Shown here: piece after piece, positions 1-9,283 of the stretch
How positions within the stretch are numbered: the first letter of the stretch is position 1
How the letters are laid out: the number at the start of each line of letters is the position of its first letter
Assembly: GCA_035700625.1 (NCBI GenBank)
Contig: DASSOM010000260.1
Location: 1-45,708, forward strand
Source of the DNA: Vicinamibacterales bacterium
Lineage (GTDB): Bacteria; Acidobacteriota; Vicinamibacteria; Vicinamibacterales; 2-12-FULL-66-21
Direction of reading: 5' to 3'
Length of the DNA: 45,708 nt
Notes under the pieces: model-generated
What the model was told of the DNA's origin: nothing
The model's database searches: none
The model's input: the letters and a program-made list of their open reading frames with translations, nothing else
Made by a program: the position numbers and the translations under genes

Positions 1-546
1 GAACGGAATGCCAAGACCGAGCGAGTAGACGGCGAGCAGCACCACCCCTTCCCGGACCGTCTCTTTCGATCCGGCGATCGCAAGGATGCCCCCGAGAATC
101 GGGCCGATGCATGGCGTCCAGCCAAAGGCGAACGCGATGCCGACGAGCACCGCGCCGAGCGCGGTTGCCGGCTTGCGGTTCGCGTGCACGCGCTTTTCCG
201 CCTCGAGAAAGCCGAGGCGGAACACCCCCATCGTGTGCAGCCCGAAAATGATGATGATGATGCCGGCGATCTTGCCGAGCAGCGGAAGGCGGGCGAAGAG
301 GAACTGGCCGACCGCGCTCGCGGACGCGCCGAGCGCGATGAACACGATCGAAAACCCGATGACGAAGGCGAGCGATGTCAGGAAGACCTGCCGCCGCGAC
401 GCTGTCGCACCGGCGTTCTGCATCTCTTCCAGCGACAGCCCCGAGACGAACGAGATGTAGCCCGGAATCAGCGGCAGCACACAGGGAGAGATGAACGACA
501 GGAAGCCGGCGGCGAACGCCGCCAGCAGCGAAATCTGGTCGCTCAT
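1..546 (-). CDS. ccdA: Cytochrome c biogenesis / thiol:disulfide transfer membrane protein CcdA (DsbD family). It is partial: the C-terminus runs off the window start.
   Basis: Absent from the ORF track because there is no stop in the window. My own minus-strand translation from the ATG at 546-544 gives MSDQISLLAAFAAGFLSFISPCVLPLIPGYISFVSG...GWTPCIGPILGGIL. That shows both conserved Cys motifs and the multi-TM pattern of CcdA. Plus-strand ORFs 86-460 and 184-597 are antisense shadows. Confidence 0.8.
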   Translation of the reverse strand, partial: MSDQISLLAAFAAGFLSFISPCVLPLIPGYISFVSGLSLEEMQNAGATASRRQVFLTSLAFVIGFSIVFIALGASASAVGQFLFARLPLLGKIAGIIIIIFGLHTMGVFRLGFLEAEKRVHANRKPATALGAVLVGIAFAFGWTPCIGPILGGILAIAGSKETVREGVVLLAVYSLGLGIPF

Positions 547-568
547 CGGTCCTGTGTGGGCATGGCGG

Positions 569-2365
569 TCAGTCCACCTTCTGGAGCGGAATCGTGATGC
601 CCGGAATCGACGTCGGCTCCGGCGTGCCGGAGAACTTCACGGGCGGCAGGTCCTGGAACATGACGTCCCACTTCCACCGTTCCGACGGATTCGACGCCTG
701 CAGCCAGTGTCGCGCGGCGACGGGACGCGCGAACGCGAGATCGGCCAGACCCGCGTAGGCGGCGTTCCCGGCCATGCCGCGCTCGACCTCGGCGCGCACG
801 TGCGCGCTGCTCGAGTACGTCATCGGCGATCCAAGCGCCAGACCGAGGTTCACGAAAATCTGCCAGTCCTCCTGTGCGTCCCCCGGCGCCGCAATCGCCC
901 GGGAGGAAGCCTGGAGCCGTCCCTGCTCATTCACATAGGACGCATCCTTCTCGAACGAGGATGCACCCGGCAGGACGAGGTCGGCGGCGCGCGCGAGATC
1001 CGTCATGAGCACACCCTGCACGATCAGCAGCGGCAGCGAGCCCGACCGCCGCGCATCGATCACCCACGACAAATCGCCGATCGAGCCAGCCGGTCCGGGA
1101 TCGAAGACGTAGAGAGCCTTGATCGCACCGCGCTCGACCTGGCTGCGGAACGACGACAGGTCCGCCTCGCGCTGCGCCGTGAGCTTGACGGGGAATCCCA
1201 TGTCGCTGGCGCCGCGCACGTTTGGCGCGTCGACCGGCGGAATCTTGAACGCGGCGCCTGGCGGCTGCGGCTTTACGCGCGTCCGCCAGCTGATGGCGAC
1301 GCCGTCCTCCGGCAGACCGAACGTCGAACCCAGGCGGCCGATGAGATACAGCTCCTCGAGAGAGGCGTGCGCGGACACGAGAAAGCGCAGCGCGGACGGC
1401 GAGCCCGCGGCCGTCAGACGCTCGACGAGCTTCGAGAACGCTTCCTGCCACTCGACGGGCTGCTGCACGCCGCTGCCGTCGCGCACGAGCGGCTTCAGCA
1501 GGCGGTCGTCACCCTCGACCCAGCGGTGATCGAACCGGCCGATGTCGCACATCCAGTAGCCGTTCACGTCGGGATTGAACCGCGGCGTCACGCGGATCAG
1601 CTGTGCCCCCTTCGCCCACTCGGGCTTCGCGCGGAGCCAGGCGGTGGTGTTGCAGCCCTTCTCGCAGAACGTGCAGATCGTGTCGACGGCGTCCGGGTTG
1701 TCCCACGGCCGGGACTTGAACCGGTAGTCCCTCGTGGTGATCGCGCCGACCGGGCAGACGTCCATGAGGTTGCCCGACAACAGCGAGTGTACGCCGCGCT
1801 CCTGGAACGTCGCGATCTCGCTCCCGTAGCCGCGATCGACGATGTTGATCTGCGCGTCGGTGTCCACTTCCTTCATGAACCGCACGCAGCGGGTGCACAG
1901 GATGCACCGGTTGCGGTTCAGCATCAGCGTCGGGCCGAAGTCGACGTCCGCTTTCACCCCCTGTCCATCGAAGACGCGCCGCGGAAACTGCATCCGGCTC
2001 TCGTTCGGTCCGAACGAGTACGCGAAGTCCTGCAGCGGGCACTCGCCCCCCTTGTCGCAGACGGGGCAGTCGAGCGGATGATTGATCAGCAGGAACTCGA
2101 GCACGCTGGCGCGCGCCTCGACGACGTCCGGCGTCTGCGTGTAGACGACCATGCCGTCCGTGGCGGCGGTGGAGCAGGAGGTCTGCAGCTTCGGCATCTT
2201 CTCGATTTTCACGAGACAGACGCGGCACGACCCATCGACGCGGAGCCCCGGATGATAGCAGTAGTACGGCAGCTGCACGCCGTTCTCGAGCGCGGCCTGC
2301 AGCACGGTTTTGCCCTTGGGGACCGTCAGGGACTGTCCGTCGATGGTAAAGGTGACGGTTTCCAT
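569..2365 (-). CDS. nuoG: NADH-quinone oxidoreductase subunit G-like Fe-S protein (NuoG family)
   Basis: 598-aa ORF. The N-terminus has a 2Fe-2S ferredoxin-type Cys pattern (CYHPGLRVDGSCRVC). It carries the NuoG signature HPLDCPVCDKGGECPLQD and a 4Fe-4S motif CILCTRCVRF, followed by a molybdopterin-oxidoreductase-like domain. Confidence 0.85.
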   Translation of the reverse strand: METVTFTIDGQSLTVPKGKTVLQAALENGVQLPYYCYHPGLRVDGSCRVCLVKIEKMPKLQTSCSTAATDGMVVYTQTPDVVEARASVLEFLLINHPLDCPVCDKGGECPLQDFAYSFGPNESRMQFPRRVFDGQGVKADVDFGPTLMLNRNRCILCTRCVRFMKEVDTDAQINIVDRGYGSEIATFQERGVHSLLSGNLMDVCPVGAITTRDYRFKSRPWDNPDAVDTICTFCEKGCNTTAWLRAKPEWAKGAQLIRVTPRFNPDVNGYWMCDIGRFDHRWVEGDDRLLKPLVRDGSGVQQPVEWQEAFSKLVERLTAAGSPSALRFLVSAHASLEELYLIGRLGSTFGLPEDGVAISWRTRVKPQPPGAAFKIPPVDAPNVRGASDMGFPVKLTAQREADLSSFRSQVERGAIKALYVFDPGPAGSIGDLSWVIDARRSGSLPLLIVQGVLMTDLARAADLVLPGASSFEKDASYVNEQGRLQASSRAIAAPGDAQEDWQIFVNLGLALGSPMTYSSSAHVRAEVERGMAGNAAYAGLADLAFARPVAARHWLQASNPSERWKWDVMFQDLPPVKFSGTPEPTSIPGITIPLQKVD

Positions 2366-2429
2366 ATCCTGCCGATCATATCGCAGGAGCGAGGGGCGAG
2401 GTTCGAGGCGGGAGGTTCGAACCTCCGGG

Positions 2430-2855
2430 TTAAGGCAGGTAAATCGCGGCGACGCGCGGCTCCCCGCCGCGTTCGAACGGCTCGAACACGACGATGAAGC
2501 GGAAGCCGGCGTACTCGTAGAACCGCGTCAGGCGTTCGCCGAGCGCACCGCGATCCACTTCCTGCCGTCCACTTTCACCTGAGCGGCCGAGCCGCGCGGC
2601 GACCTCGGACGCGCTGTCGCCGACCCGCACGTCCTTCCCATCGCGGAACGGCAGAACCGGAACGGACACGGCGCCAGCGGGAATCGACGTGGGCATCGCG
2701 GCGACGGCGGGACGCGCGACCGGCAGGGGCAGCGGCGTTCGCGGCGACCGGAGATCCTGAAGAATGAGCAGGCCGACGGCAATCGTCGCGGCGAGGAAAG
2801 CCGCCGCGATCAGCCACTCGACGACGGAACCGACGCTGACACGAAGGGCGTCCAT
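2430..2855 (-). CDS. Hypothetical membrane-anchored protein
   Basis: 141-aa ORF with one N-terminal TM helix (VVEWLIAAAFLAATIAVGLLIL). No motif recognised. Same strand as its neighbours. Confidence 0.45.
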   Translation of the reverse strand: MDALRVSVGSVVEWLIAAAFLAATIAVGLLILQDLRSPRTPLPLPVARPAVAAMPTSIPAGAVSVPVLPFRDGKDVRVGDSASEVAARLGRSGESGRQEVDRGALGERLTRFYEYAGFRFIVVFEPFERGGEPRVAAIYLP

Positions 2856-2942
2856 AAGGCCTCCCCTGCTGGGATAAGGTTGGCCGGTGGCGAGGGTTCC
2901 ACTTTAGGGCGGTTGCCGGCGCGGGTCAAGCCCGACGAGAGC

Positions 2943-5618
2943 TCATCGGTCGATGCGCGCCATGGCCAGATCGCGGCGGTCCACTTCGACTTTCCGGAGA
3001 TCGCCCGCGAGCGGGACGGTGCGCTCGGTCAGGCGATCCTTCACGTCCACCACGATCGTCTGGGACGGGGCGCCGCGGTATTGGAACGTGACTTCAATCG
3101 GCAGCTCCATCGGGGTGCCCGGCTGCTCGAACCGGAGCGTGACGGCATCGCGCTCGTCGTTCACGCTCGACGAAAATTTCACGCGCGGAACGGCATCGCC
3201 GTAGATCCAGTCGTCGAAGAAGGCGGAGAGCGACCGGCCGCTGGCGGCCTCCATCGAGAGGCGGAAGTCGTCCGTGCCCGCCTTGCGATAGCGCCACGTC
3301 GTGTAGAACTCGCGGACGCCGGCGAAGAACGGACCGTCCCCCACGAGCTGCCGCAGCATGTGCAGGACCGCGGCGGCTTTGTTGTACACGAGCGCGCGAA
3401 ACACGCGCGGCTCGCTCTTGATGTGTCCGAGCCGGTAGCCGAGATAGACGGGACCCTGGTCCGACGTGTCGCGCCCCCACTTGCTCATCTGGCGCATGAT
3501 CGTCGCGAACTCGTCCGGTCCGCGCTCCCGCTCGGCGTAGAGCGCCGCGAAGTACTGCGCGAATCCTTCGCTGATCCACTGCTCGTGGTAGTTCTTCCAG
3601 CCGATCGCCTGTCCCCACCACTGGTGCGCGATTTCGTGGGCGAGGAAGAACGACGGATAGTTCTCGAACGCGACCGGATCGTTGCGCCACACGAACGGCG
3701 ACATCGGCGCCGGCTGGTTGAGCACGGCGAAGTACGCGGGACTGTGCCCGCCCGGCAGGTCGCTGTCGGTGATCGCCACGGTGAACGCGGGATACGGCAC
3801 CTCGCCGAGGAGTGACGTGTAGAACTCGAGAATGTCCGCCGCGCGTTCGGCATAGCCGCGCACGCGGCCGGTCTGCCGCGGGTTTGCGCGCACCGTGAGC
3901 GCGAGGCCGTCCGCGCCGTCGGTGGCGGGGGCGTTCTCCGGCACGCGCCACGCCTCGGTGGTCGTCAGCGAGAGGCGCGTCGATTCGCGGCTGGCGAACC
4001 GCGTGATGACGCACGCCAGATAGCGCGCGGGTCGATTCGTGGTGAACACGAATTGAACCCTGGGCCGGTCGTCTCCCGCCGCGGGCGGCGCCTGCGTCGG
4101 TCCTCCGGCGGCGATGCCGCTGGCGACGACGTCGTATTCCTGCGGGACGGTGATCCGCATCACCGCGGTCGCATAGTCCGTCACCGTCGCCTGCGGATAC
4201 CACAGCGAGCGGTTGCTGTAGAGATACTTCGGCTCGAGCGGGACCATCTGGACTTCGTACGGCGCCTGCTGCGAGACAGACAGCGCCTCGCGATCGACAC
4301 CCTGCGGCGCCAGCCGTCCGCCGTACACCACTCTCAGCTCGAGCTGATCGTCCGGCAGCAGCGTGTCGGGCAGGCTGACGAGCACGCTGTTCTGGCCAAC
4401 GACGCGCAGGTGGAGCAGCCGGCCGAAGGCGGGCGCGTACACGCCGCGCACCACGAGCGGCTCGGCGAGCCGCAGCGTCAGGGTGCTGGCGGGGTGGCGC
4501 ATCATCAGCCGCAGGCGAGCGTTCCCGTCGATCCAGTCGCGAGACGGATCGAATGAGGCATCGATGTCGTACGAGAGGACGTCGTAGTCCGTCGGCGCGT
4601 CCTCGCTGTAGAAGCGTCCGCGCTCGCCCATCTTCGCGATCGAGGCATACACGGAGATGTTCTTGTGTCGCCGCCGATCGAAGAGCGTGACGTCCTCCTG
4701 CTCGCTCGTCGCGCGCGCGTAGGTGAGCGTGCCGTACTTCTTCGTGACGACCTCCGCGACGAAGTCGCCGCCGCTCGGCACCAGCGACCACTGGTCCTCG
4801 CTGAGATCCATCAGATCGATCTGGAAGCTCTGGCCGACGGACGCGTCGAAGATGCCGCGCGCGCGCGTGAGGTCCTTCTCGGAGACGTCGCGCGGGACGA
4901 ATGCGCTCTTCGGCACCTGGGATGCGAACTCGTACGGGTTGAGGCGGACGAATACCGCCTCGAAGTCGGTCTCGAGCGAGTCCCGGCCGCAGAAGAGCCG
5001 CACCTGACCGCGCTCGGCGGCAGGACCGGGCGAGAACGTCATCCGCCCGTTCCCCAGCAGGACGATCGCGGTGGGCCCATCCGGCGTCGAGGCGGTGAAC
5101 GCGCGGCCCGCCGGCAGATCGATCGTGAAGTCAGGCGCGTGCAGCGTCAGGTCGTGGACATCGAACTCCTTCGCGGGATCGAGCGCCAGCCGGTACAGGC
5201 CGCTGACGACGCTCTCGCGATCGAAGGCGGCAATCCGCCACACGTCGGTGTCGGCGGACGTGCGTTCGACGTCGAGGCGCCACGTCGACACGCGTCCCTC
5301 GCGCTGCCGATCGACGAAGATCTCGACGAGCAGCCGTTCGCGGCCGCTGGCCACCGTCTGGCGATCGCGCAGCTTGACTGTCGCGTGTGTCGGGGGGCCG
5401 CCGCCCAGTGAGGCAACGAAGGCGTCGACGGCGGACGGCTCAGCGTCCGGCGCAGCCTGTGCGCGGAGCGTGCGCTCGTCGCCGGCCCGGAACGCCTGGT
5501 CGAGGCGGGCGATCAGGCGGTCGATGCCGTCGGACGTCTGCGGCTGGGGCGTCGCCGCAAGCCGGAGCGACGGCAGCAGCACGAGTACGAACAGGCAGGA
5601 GAGCAGCCTGGACCGCAT
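2943..5618 (-). CDS. Secreted M1-family zinc metallopeptidase (aminopeptidase N-like)
   Basis: 891-aa ORF with signal peptide MRSRLLSCLFVLVLLPSLRLAA. Zinc site HEIAHQWWG...WISEGF fits HExxH-x18-E of family M1. Confidence 0.85.
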   Translation of the reverse strand: MRSRLLSCLFVLVLLPSLRLAATPQPQTSDGIDRLIARLDQAFRAGDERTLRAQAAPDAEPSAVDAFVASLGGGPPTHATVKLRDRQTVASGRERLLVEIFVDRQREGRVSTWRLDVERTSADTDVWRIAAFDRESVVSGLYRLALDPAKEFDVHDLTLHAPDFTIDLPAGRAFTASTPDGPTAIVLLGNGRMTFSPGPAAERGQVRLFCGRDSLETDFEAVFVRLNPYEFASQVPKSAFVPRDVSEKDLTRARGIFDASVGQSFQIDLMDLSEDQWSLVPSGGDFVAEVVTKKYGTLTYARATSEQEDVTLFDRRRHKNISVYASIAKMGERGRFYSEDAPTDYDVLSYDIDASFDPSRDWIDGNARLRLMMRHPASTLTLRLAEPLVVRGVYAPAFGRLLHLRVVGQNSVLVSLPDTLLPDDQLELRVVYGGRLAPQGVDREALSVSQQAPYEVQMVPLEPKYLYSNRSLWYPQATVTDYATAVMRITVPQEYDVVASGIAAGGPTQAPPAAGDDRPRVQFVFTTNRPARYLACVITRFASRESTRLSLTTTEAWRVPENAPATDGADGLALTVRANPRQTGRVRGYAERAADILEFYTSLLGEVPYPAFTVAITDSDLPGGHSPAYFAVLNQPAPMSPFVWRNDPVAFENYPSFFLAHEIAHQWWGQAIGWKNYHEQWISEGFAQYFAALYAERERGPDEFATIMRQMSKWGRDTSDQGPVYLGYRLGHIKSEPRVFRALVYNKAAAVLHMLRQLVGDGPFFAGVREFYTTWRYRKAGTDDFRLSMEAASGRSLSAFFDDWIYGDAVPRVKFSSSVNDERDAVTLRFEQPGTPMELPIEVTFQYRGAPSQTIVVDVKDRLTERTVPLAGDLRKVEVDRRDLAMARIDR

Positions 5619-5674
5619 CGGGGTATCCCAATCTTACTCTTCGATATCGCGGCCGCTGTTCGTCCCACCGTTCG

Positions 5675-6850
5675 TCACGCGTGAGCCGGCGCCTGCCGCT
5701 GGAGCACGAGGAGCGTGAGGTCGTCGGCAAAGCGCGACGCCTGGGCGTGGTGCTCGACCGCGCGCAGCACGGCCGCGGCGATCTCGGAGGGACTCAGGCC
5801 GGCGTACCGGGCCAGGACGCCTTCCAGGCCGCCCTCCTCGAACGGCTGTGCGGCCGGATTCTCGGCTTCCGTGATGCCGTCGCTGTACATGACCAGCATG
5901 TCGCCCGGTTCGATCGTCGTGTCGACGGAGTGGTACGTGCTTTCCTCGAACATCCCGAGCGCGACGCCCGTGCCCTCGAGCCGGACGATGGATCCGTCCG
6001 CGCGGCGGATGAGCGGGGGATTCTGTCCGGCATTGACGTACGTCAACTGGCCCGTGCCCGGCGTGTAGACCGCATAGAACAGCGTGATGAAGCGCGAGGC
6101 CGGACTATGGCGGCAGATCTGTTTGTTCAGACGCGCCATGAGCGCGCGCGGCTCGAGCGACTCGTCGACGAGCGTGCGGAGCACGGCCAGCAGCAGCGCC
6201 ATGAGCAGCGCCGCGGGGCTGCCCTTGCCGGCGACGTCCCCCAGCGTGACGATGACGCGTCCGTCGGTCAGCGGCAGCACATCGTAGAAGTCGCCGCCGA
6301 CGGTGTTGGCCGGACGCGTCATGCCGCAGATCGCCGCGTCGGCGGTCGTGAACGTGCCCGACGGCAGCATCGCGAGCTGGATCTCGCGCGCGATCTCGAG
6401 TTCTCCCTTGAGCGACAGCCGGTCCGCGACCTCCAGCAGCACGAGCAGGTTGACCAGCAGGAGGCTGATCATCAGCGCGAACGTCCCCTCCTGCCACGTG
6501 GGGGCGGGAACGGCGATGTGGAAGAACGGCGCCCCGAACGGCACCTCCGCCATGGTCCACCCGCGATACAACTGGAGAATCCCGATCAGCGCGGTGAACA
6601 GCGACACCAGGTAGAGCGCGCGGCGCGCCGGCGACAGCTTCAGGGTGAACGCCATGAAGACCTGCCGCGCGCGCAGCATCTGCCGCGTGAGCCATGGCTC
6701 CTGCGCGAGCCGTTCCTCGCTCAGGCCGCGCGAAAAGAAGCGATAGGCGTCGCGCGTGTCGTGCGTGAAGAGGCGCTGAAGGTCTTCGGCGCGAACGTCG
6801 CGTGCGACGTCACGCGTCCAGGCGTCGAACCAGTTGGTGGAGGACGGCAT
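5675..6850 (-). CDS. Membrane-associated PP2C-type serine phosphatase (SpoIIE/RsbU family)
   Basis: 391-aa ORF with N-terminal TM segments and a C-terminal GGDFYDVLPL...GDVAGKGSPAALLMALL...MYSDGITEA pattern typical of the SpoIIE domain. Its start codon lies 1 nt from the upstream gene's stop. Confidence 0.85.
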   Translation of the reverse strand: MPSSTNWFDAWTRDVARDVRAEDLQRLFTHDTRDAYRFFSRGLSEERLAQEPWLTRQMLRARQVFMAFTLKLSPARRALYLVSLFTALIGILQLYRGWTMAEVPFGAPFFHIAVPAPTWQEGTFALMISLLLVNLLVLLEVADRLSLKGELEIAREIQLAMLPSGTFTTADAAICGMTRPANTVGGDFYDVLPLTDGRVIVTLGDVAGKGSPAALLMALLLAVLRTLVDESLEPRALMARLNKQICRHSPASRFITLFYAVYTPGTGQLTYVNAGQNPPLIRRADGSIVRLEGTGVALGMFEESTYHSVDTTIEPGDMLVMYSDGITEAENPAAQPFEEGGLEGVLARYAGLSPSEIAAAVLRAVEHHAQASRFADDLTLLVLQRQAPAHA

Positions 6851-6851
6851 G

Positions 6852-7889
6852 TCAGTCCTCGTCTTCTCCCGCGAGCTCGTTGAAGACGACCAGCACGATC
6901 GCCGCGGTGGGCACCGCCAGGATCGCGCCGAGGATGCCGAGCAGCTCGCCGCCGATCAACAGCGACATGATGACCGTGGCCGCGCTCACGCCCACCTGCT
7001 TCGACATGATCCTCGGCACGAGCACGTGGTTCTCGATCTGCTGCTGCACGATGAAGAACAGGATGACGAGCAGCATCGTCTTCACGGAGATCGTCGCCGC
7101 GACGGCGATCGCCGGAATCGCCGCGAGGAACGGCCCGATGACGGGGATCATTTCGCCGACGCCGGAGATCAGCGCGAGCACGTAGAAGTACGGCACGCCG
7201 AGCGCCCACAGGCCGATCGCCGAAGAGGTCCCGATGACCGTCGCGAGCACGAGCTGTCCGCCGAGCCACGCGCTCACCTTCACGGTCACCGTATGCGCCG
7301 CCGTCGCCGCGCGTTCGCGGCGCCGCGCGGGAAACAGCCGGAGAAATCCGCGTTTGATCCCGTCGGAATCCACCAGCAGATAGAACGTCAGGATCAGGAT
7401 CGTCACGACGCCGAAGATCCCGCCGACGACGTTCACGACGGCGCCGGCCACGGCGCCGGCCGCCTGTCCGCCACGGGTGACCGGCGTCCGCTCGATCGCT
7501 TCATGCAGCGTCAGGTGCTCGCGCAACAGCCCGCGGTCGATCAGGTACTGCTGCCCCTGCTCGAACATCCGCGGCGCCGCCGCCCAGAGCGACCGCGCCT
7601 GCGACACGAGCGGCGGCACGATCAGGAAGCCGACGAGCGTCACGAAGCCGAGAATGACGACGTAGATGGTGAGGATGGCGAGCCACCGCGGCACGCGCGC
7701 GCCGGGCCCCTGCCGCCGCTGGATCCAGCGCACCATCGGACTGAAGCCGATGGCCAGCAGTCCGCTGACGTAGATGAGCAGCAGCGCGCCGCGTACCAGG
7801 TACGCGCACCACGCGATGAAGCCGGCGACGATCGCGACGACGATCGTCCAGAGGATGAGGGAGCGCAGTTCGTCGTCCGATCGGCTCAC
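6852..7889 (-). CDS. AI-2E family transporter (PerM/UPF0118-like permease)
   Basis: The track ORF 6852-8033 would overlap the upstream aminotransferase by 148 nt. A GTG at 7889-7887 overlaps that gene's TGA (GTGA) and gives 345 aa with about 8 hydrophobic segments, typical of the AI-2E family. Confidence 0.75.
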   Translation of the reverse strand: MSRSDDELRSLILWTIVVAIVAGFIAWCAYLVRGALLLIYVSGLLAIGFSPMVRWIQRRQGPGARVPRWLAILTIYVVILGFVTLVGFLIVPPLVSQARSLWAAAPRMFEQGQQYLIDRGLLREHLTLHEAIERTPVTRGGQAAGAVAGAVVNVVGGIFGVVTILILTFYLLVDSDGIKRGFLRLFPARRRERAATAAHTVTVKVSAWLGGQLVLATVIGTSSAIGLWALGVPYFYVLALISGVGEMIPVIGPFLAAIPAIAVAATISVKTMLLVILFFIVQQQIENHVLVPRIMSKQVGVSAATVIMSLLIGGELLGILGAILAVPTAAIVLVVFNELAGEDED

Positions 7890-9112
7890 GTACGCCCTTC
7901 GCGGTCGAGGAACTCCCGCGTGAAGCCCGCGATGTCGTCGTAGATCGCGGAGAGCTCGTCCGGATCCGCGAGGAACACGACGCGGAAGAAGCCATCCTCC
8001 GGCGCGGCGCCGAAGCCCGAGCCGTAGACGCACAACACGCCGGTCGCGCGCAGGAGACCGAGGACGTAATCTTCATCGGTGAGGCCCGGCGGCAGCGCGA
8101 CCTTCGGCATCGCATAGAACGCCGCCGACGGCGCGACGACCGACATGCCGTCGATCGCGCTCAGACGCGACACGGTGAGTTCGGCGCGCGCGCGCAGCGC
8201 CGCGCGGAAACCCGCCTCGTGCGAGCGGTCGCCAAGCAGCGCCGGCGCGATCGCGTACTGCATCGGCCCGACGGAGCACAGGCGGCCGTCGGCGAGCTTC
8301 TTCACGCCCGCGAGCACGTCGTCCAGCCGGTCGGTCCGACCGACCGCCATCCAGCCGGCGCGCCAGCCGGGCGCCAGATACGCCTTCGACAGCGACGAGA
8401 ACGAGATGATCGGCGCGTCGGGCGCGAGGCTGGCCATCGGCGGCACGGGCCCGTCGTACGCCAGATCGCCGTACACCTCGTCGGCCAGCAGCGGAATGTT
8501 GCGGGCGTCGGCGACTTCGATCAACGCGCGGCGCACATCTGCTGGATACGTCGCGCCGGTCGGATTGTTCGGATCGATGACCACCAGCGCGCGCGTGGCG
8601 GGGCCGAGCAGGCTGCGGACGTGCTCGACATCCGGCAGCCAGCCGCGCGCCGGGTCCGTGCGGTAGAAAACGGCGCGTGCGCCAATCTTCGCGAGGACCG
8701 CTGTATATAGAGGATAGGTGGGAGACGGCACGAGCACCTCGTCGCCGGGCTCGGCCAGCGTCGTCAGCGTGAGCTCGATGCCTTCGGACGTGCCCGCCGT
8801 CAGGATCACGCGATCCGGCGACATCGGCATGCCGCGCCGCGACAGTTCCGACGCGACCGCCTCGCGCGCCGGCAGAATGCCGACCGACGGCGCATAGCCG
8901 TTGTGTCCGTCGTGCATCGCGCGCGCGACCGCCTCCACGAGGTGCGGCGGCGTGCGGAACCCGAACGTGACGGGATCGCCGATGTTGAGATACCGCACGC
9001 GGCGGCCCGACGCCTCGACTTTGCGGGCCTCAGCCACGATGTTGCGGATCGCGTAGACGAAGCCGCTGATGCGGCGGGCCACGGGGATGGCGGCGGTCGT
9101 GCGCATTGCCAA
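7886..9112 (-). CDS. PLP-dependent aminotransferase, class I/II (alanine/glutamate-pyruvate aminotransferase-like)
   Basis: 408-aa ORF. NIGDP...NGY...NPNNPTG...SFSSLSKAYLAPGWRAGW matches the class I aminotransferase pattern with the PLP lysine in SLSK. Confidence 0.85.
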   Translation of the reverse strand: MAMRTTAAIPVARRISGFVYAIRNIVAEARKVEASGRRVRYLNIGDPVTFGFRTPPHLVEAVARAMHDGHNGYAPSVGILPAREAVASELSRRGMPMSPDRVILTAGTSEGIELTLTTLAEPGDEVLVPSPTYPLYTAVLAKIGARAVFYRTDPARGWLPDVEHVRSLLGPATRALVVIDPNNPTGATYPADVRRALIEVADARNIPLLADEVYGDLAYDGPVPPMASLAPDAPIISFSSLSKAYLAPGWRAGWMAVGRTDRLDDVLAGVKKLADGRLCSVGPMQYAIAPALLGDRSHEAGFRAALRARAELTVSRLSAIDGMSVVAPSAAFYAMPKVALPPGLTDEDYVLGLLRATGVLCVYGSGFGAAPEDGFFRVVFLADPDELSAIYDDIAGFTREFLDREGRT

Positions 9113-9283
9113 AAATCTTACCAGAGGCGTTCACATGTAAAAACGACCGACGCCGATCCCGAAATCGTGTAAGAGTTACGCGGTTCGCGCCCGCTTGCCC
9201 CGCTCAGCCTGTGCAGTTACGGGCAATTCCGAGCATTTCCGAGCCGGATCCGACGTGGCAGGGGCTTTGGATTACTGTCCGGC

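Noticed and set aside
491-2497. 668-aa plus-strand ORF opposite nuoG. Similar cases are 36970-39681 (903 aa), 39330-40979 (549 aa), 5387-6883 (498 aa), 20064-21551 (495 aa) and 3094-4791 (565 aa).
   Set aside because: All overlap better-supported genes in another frame or strand, and all have the Arg/Pro/Gly/Ala-biased composition of non-coding frames in high-GC DNA.
6852-8033. Full-length 393-aa version of the AI-2E transporter ORF
   Set aside because: It would overlap the aminotransferase by 148 nt with an Arg-rich, non-membrane N-terminus. The GTG at 7889 coupled to the upstream TGA is more plausible.
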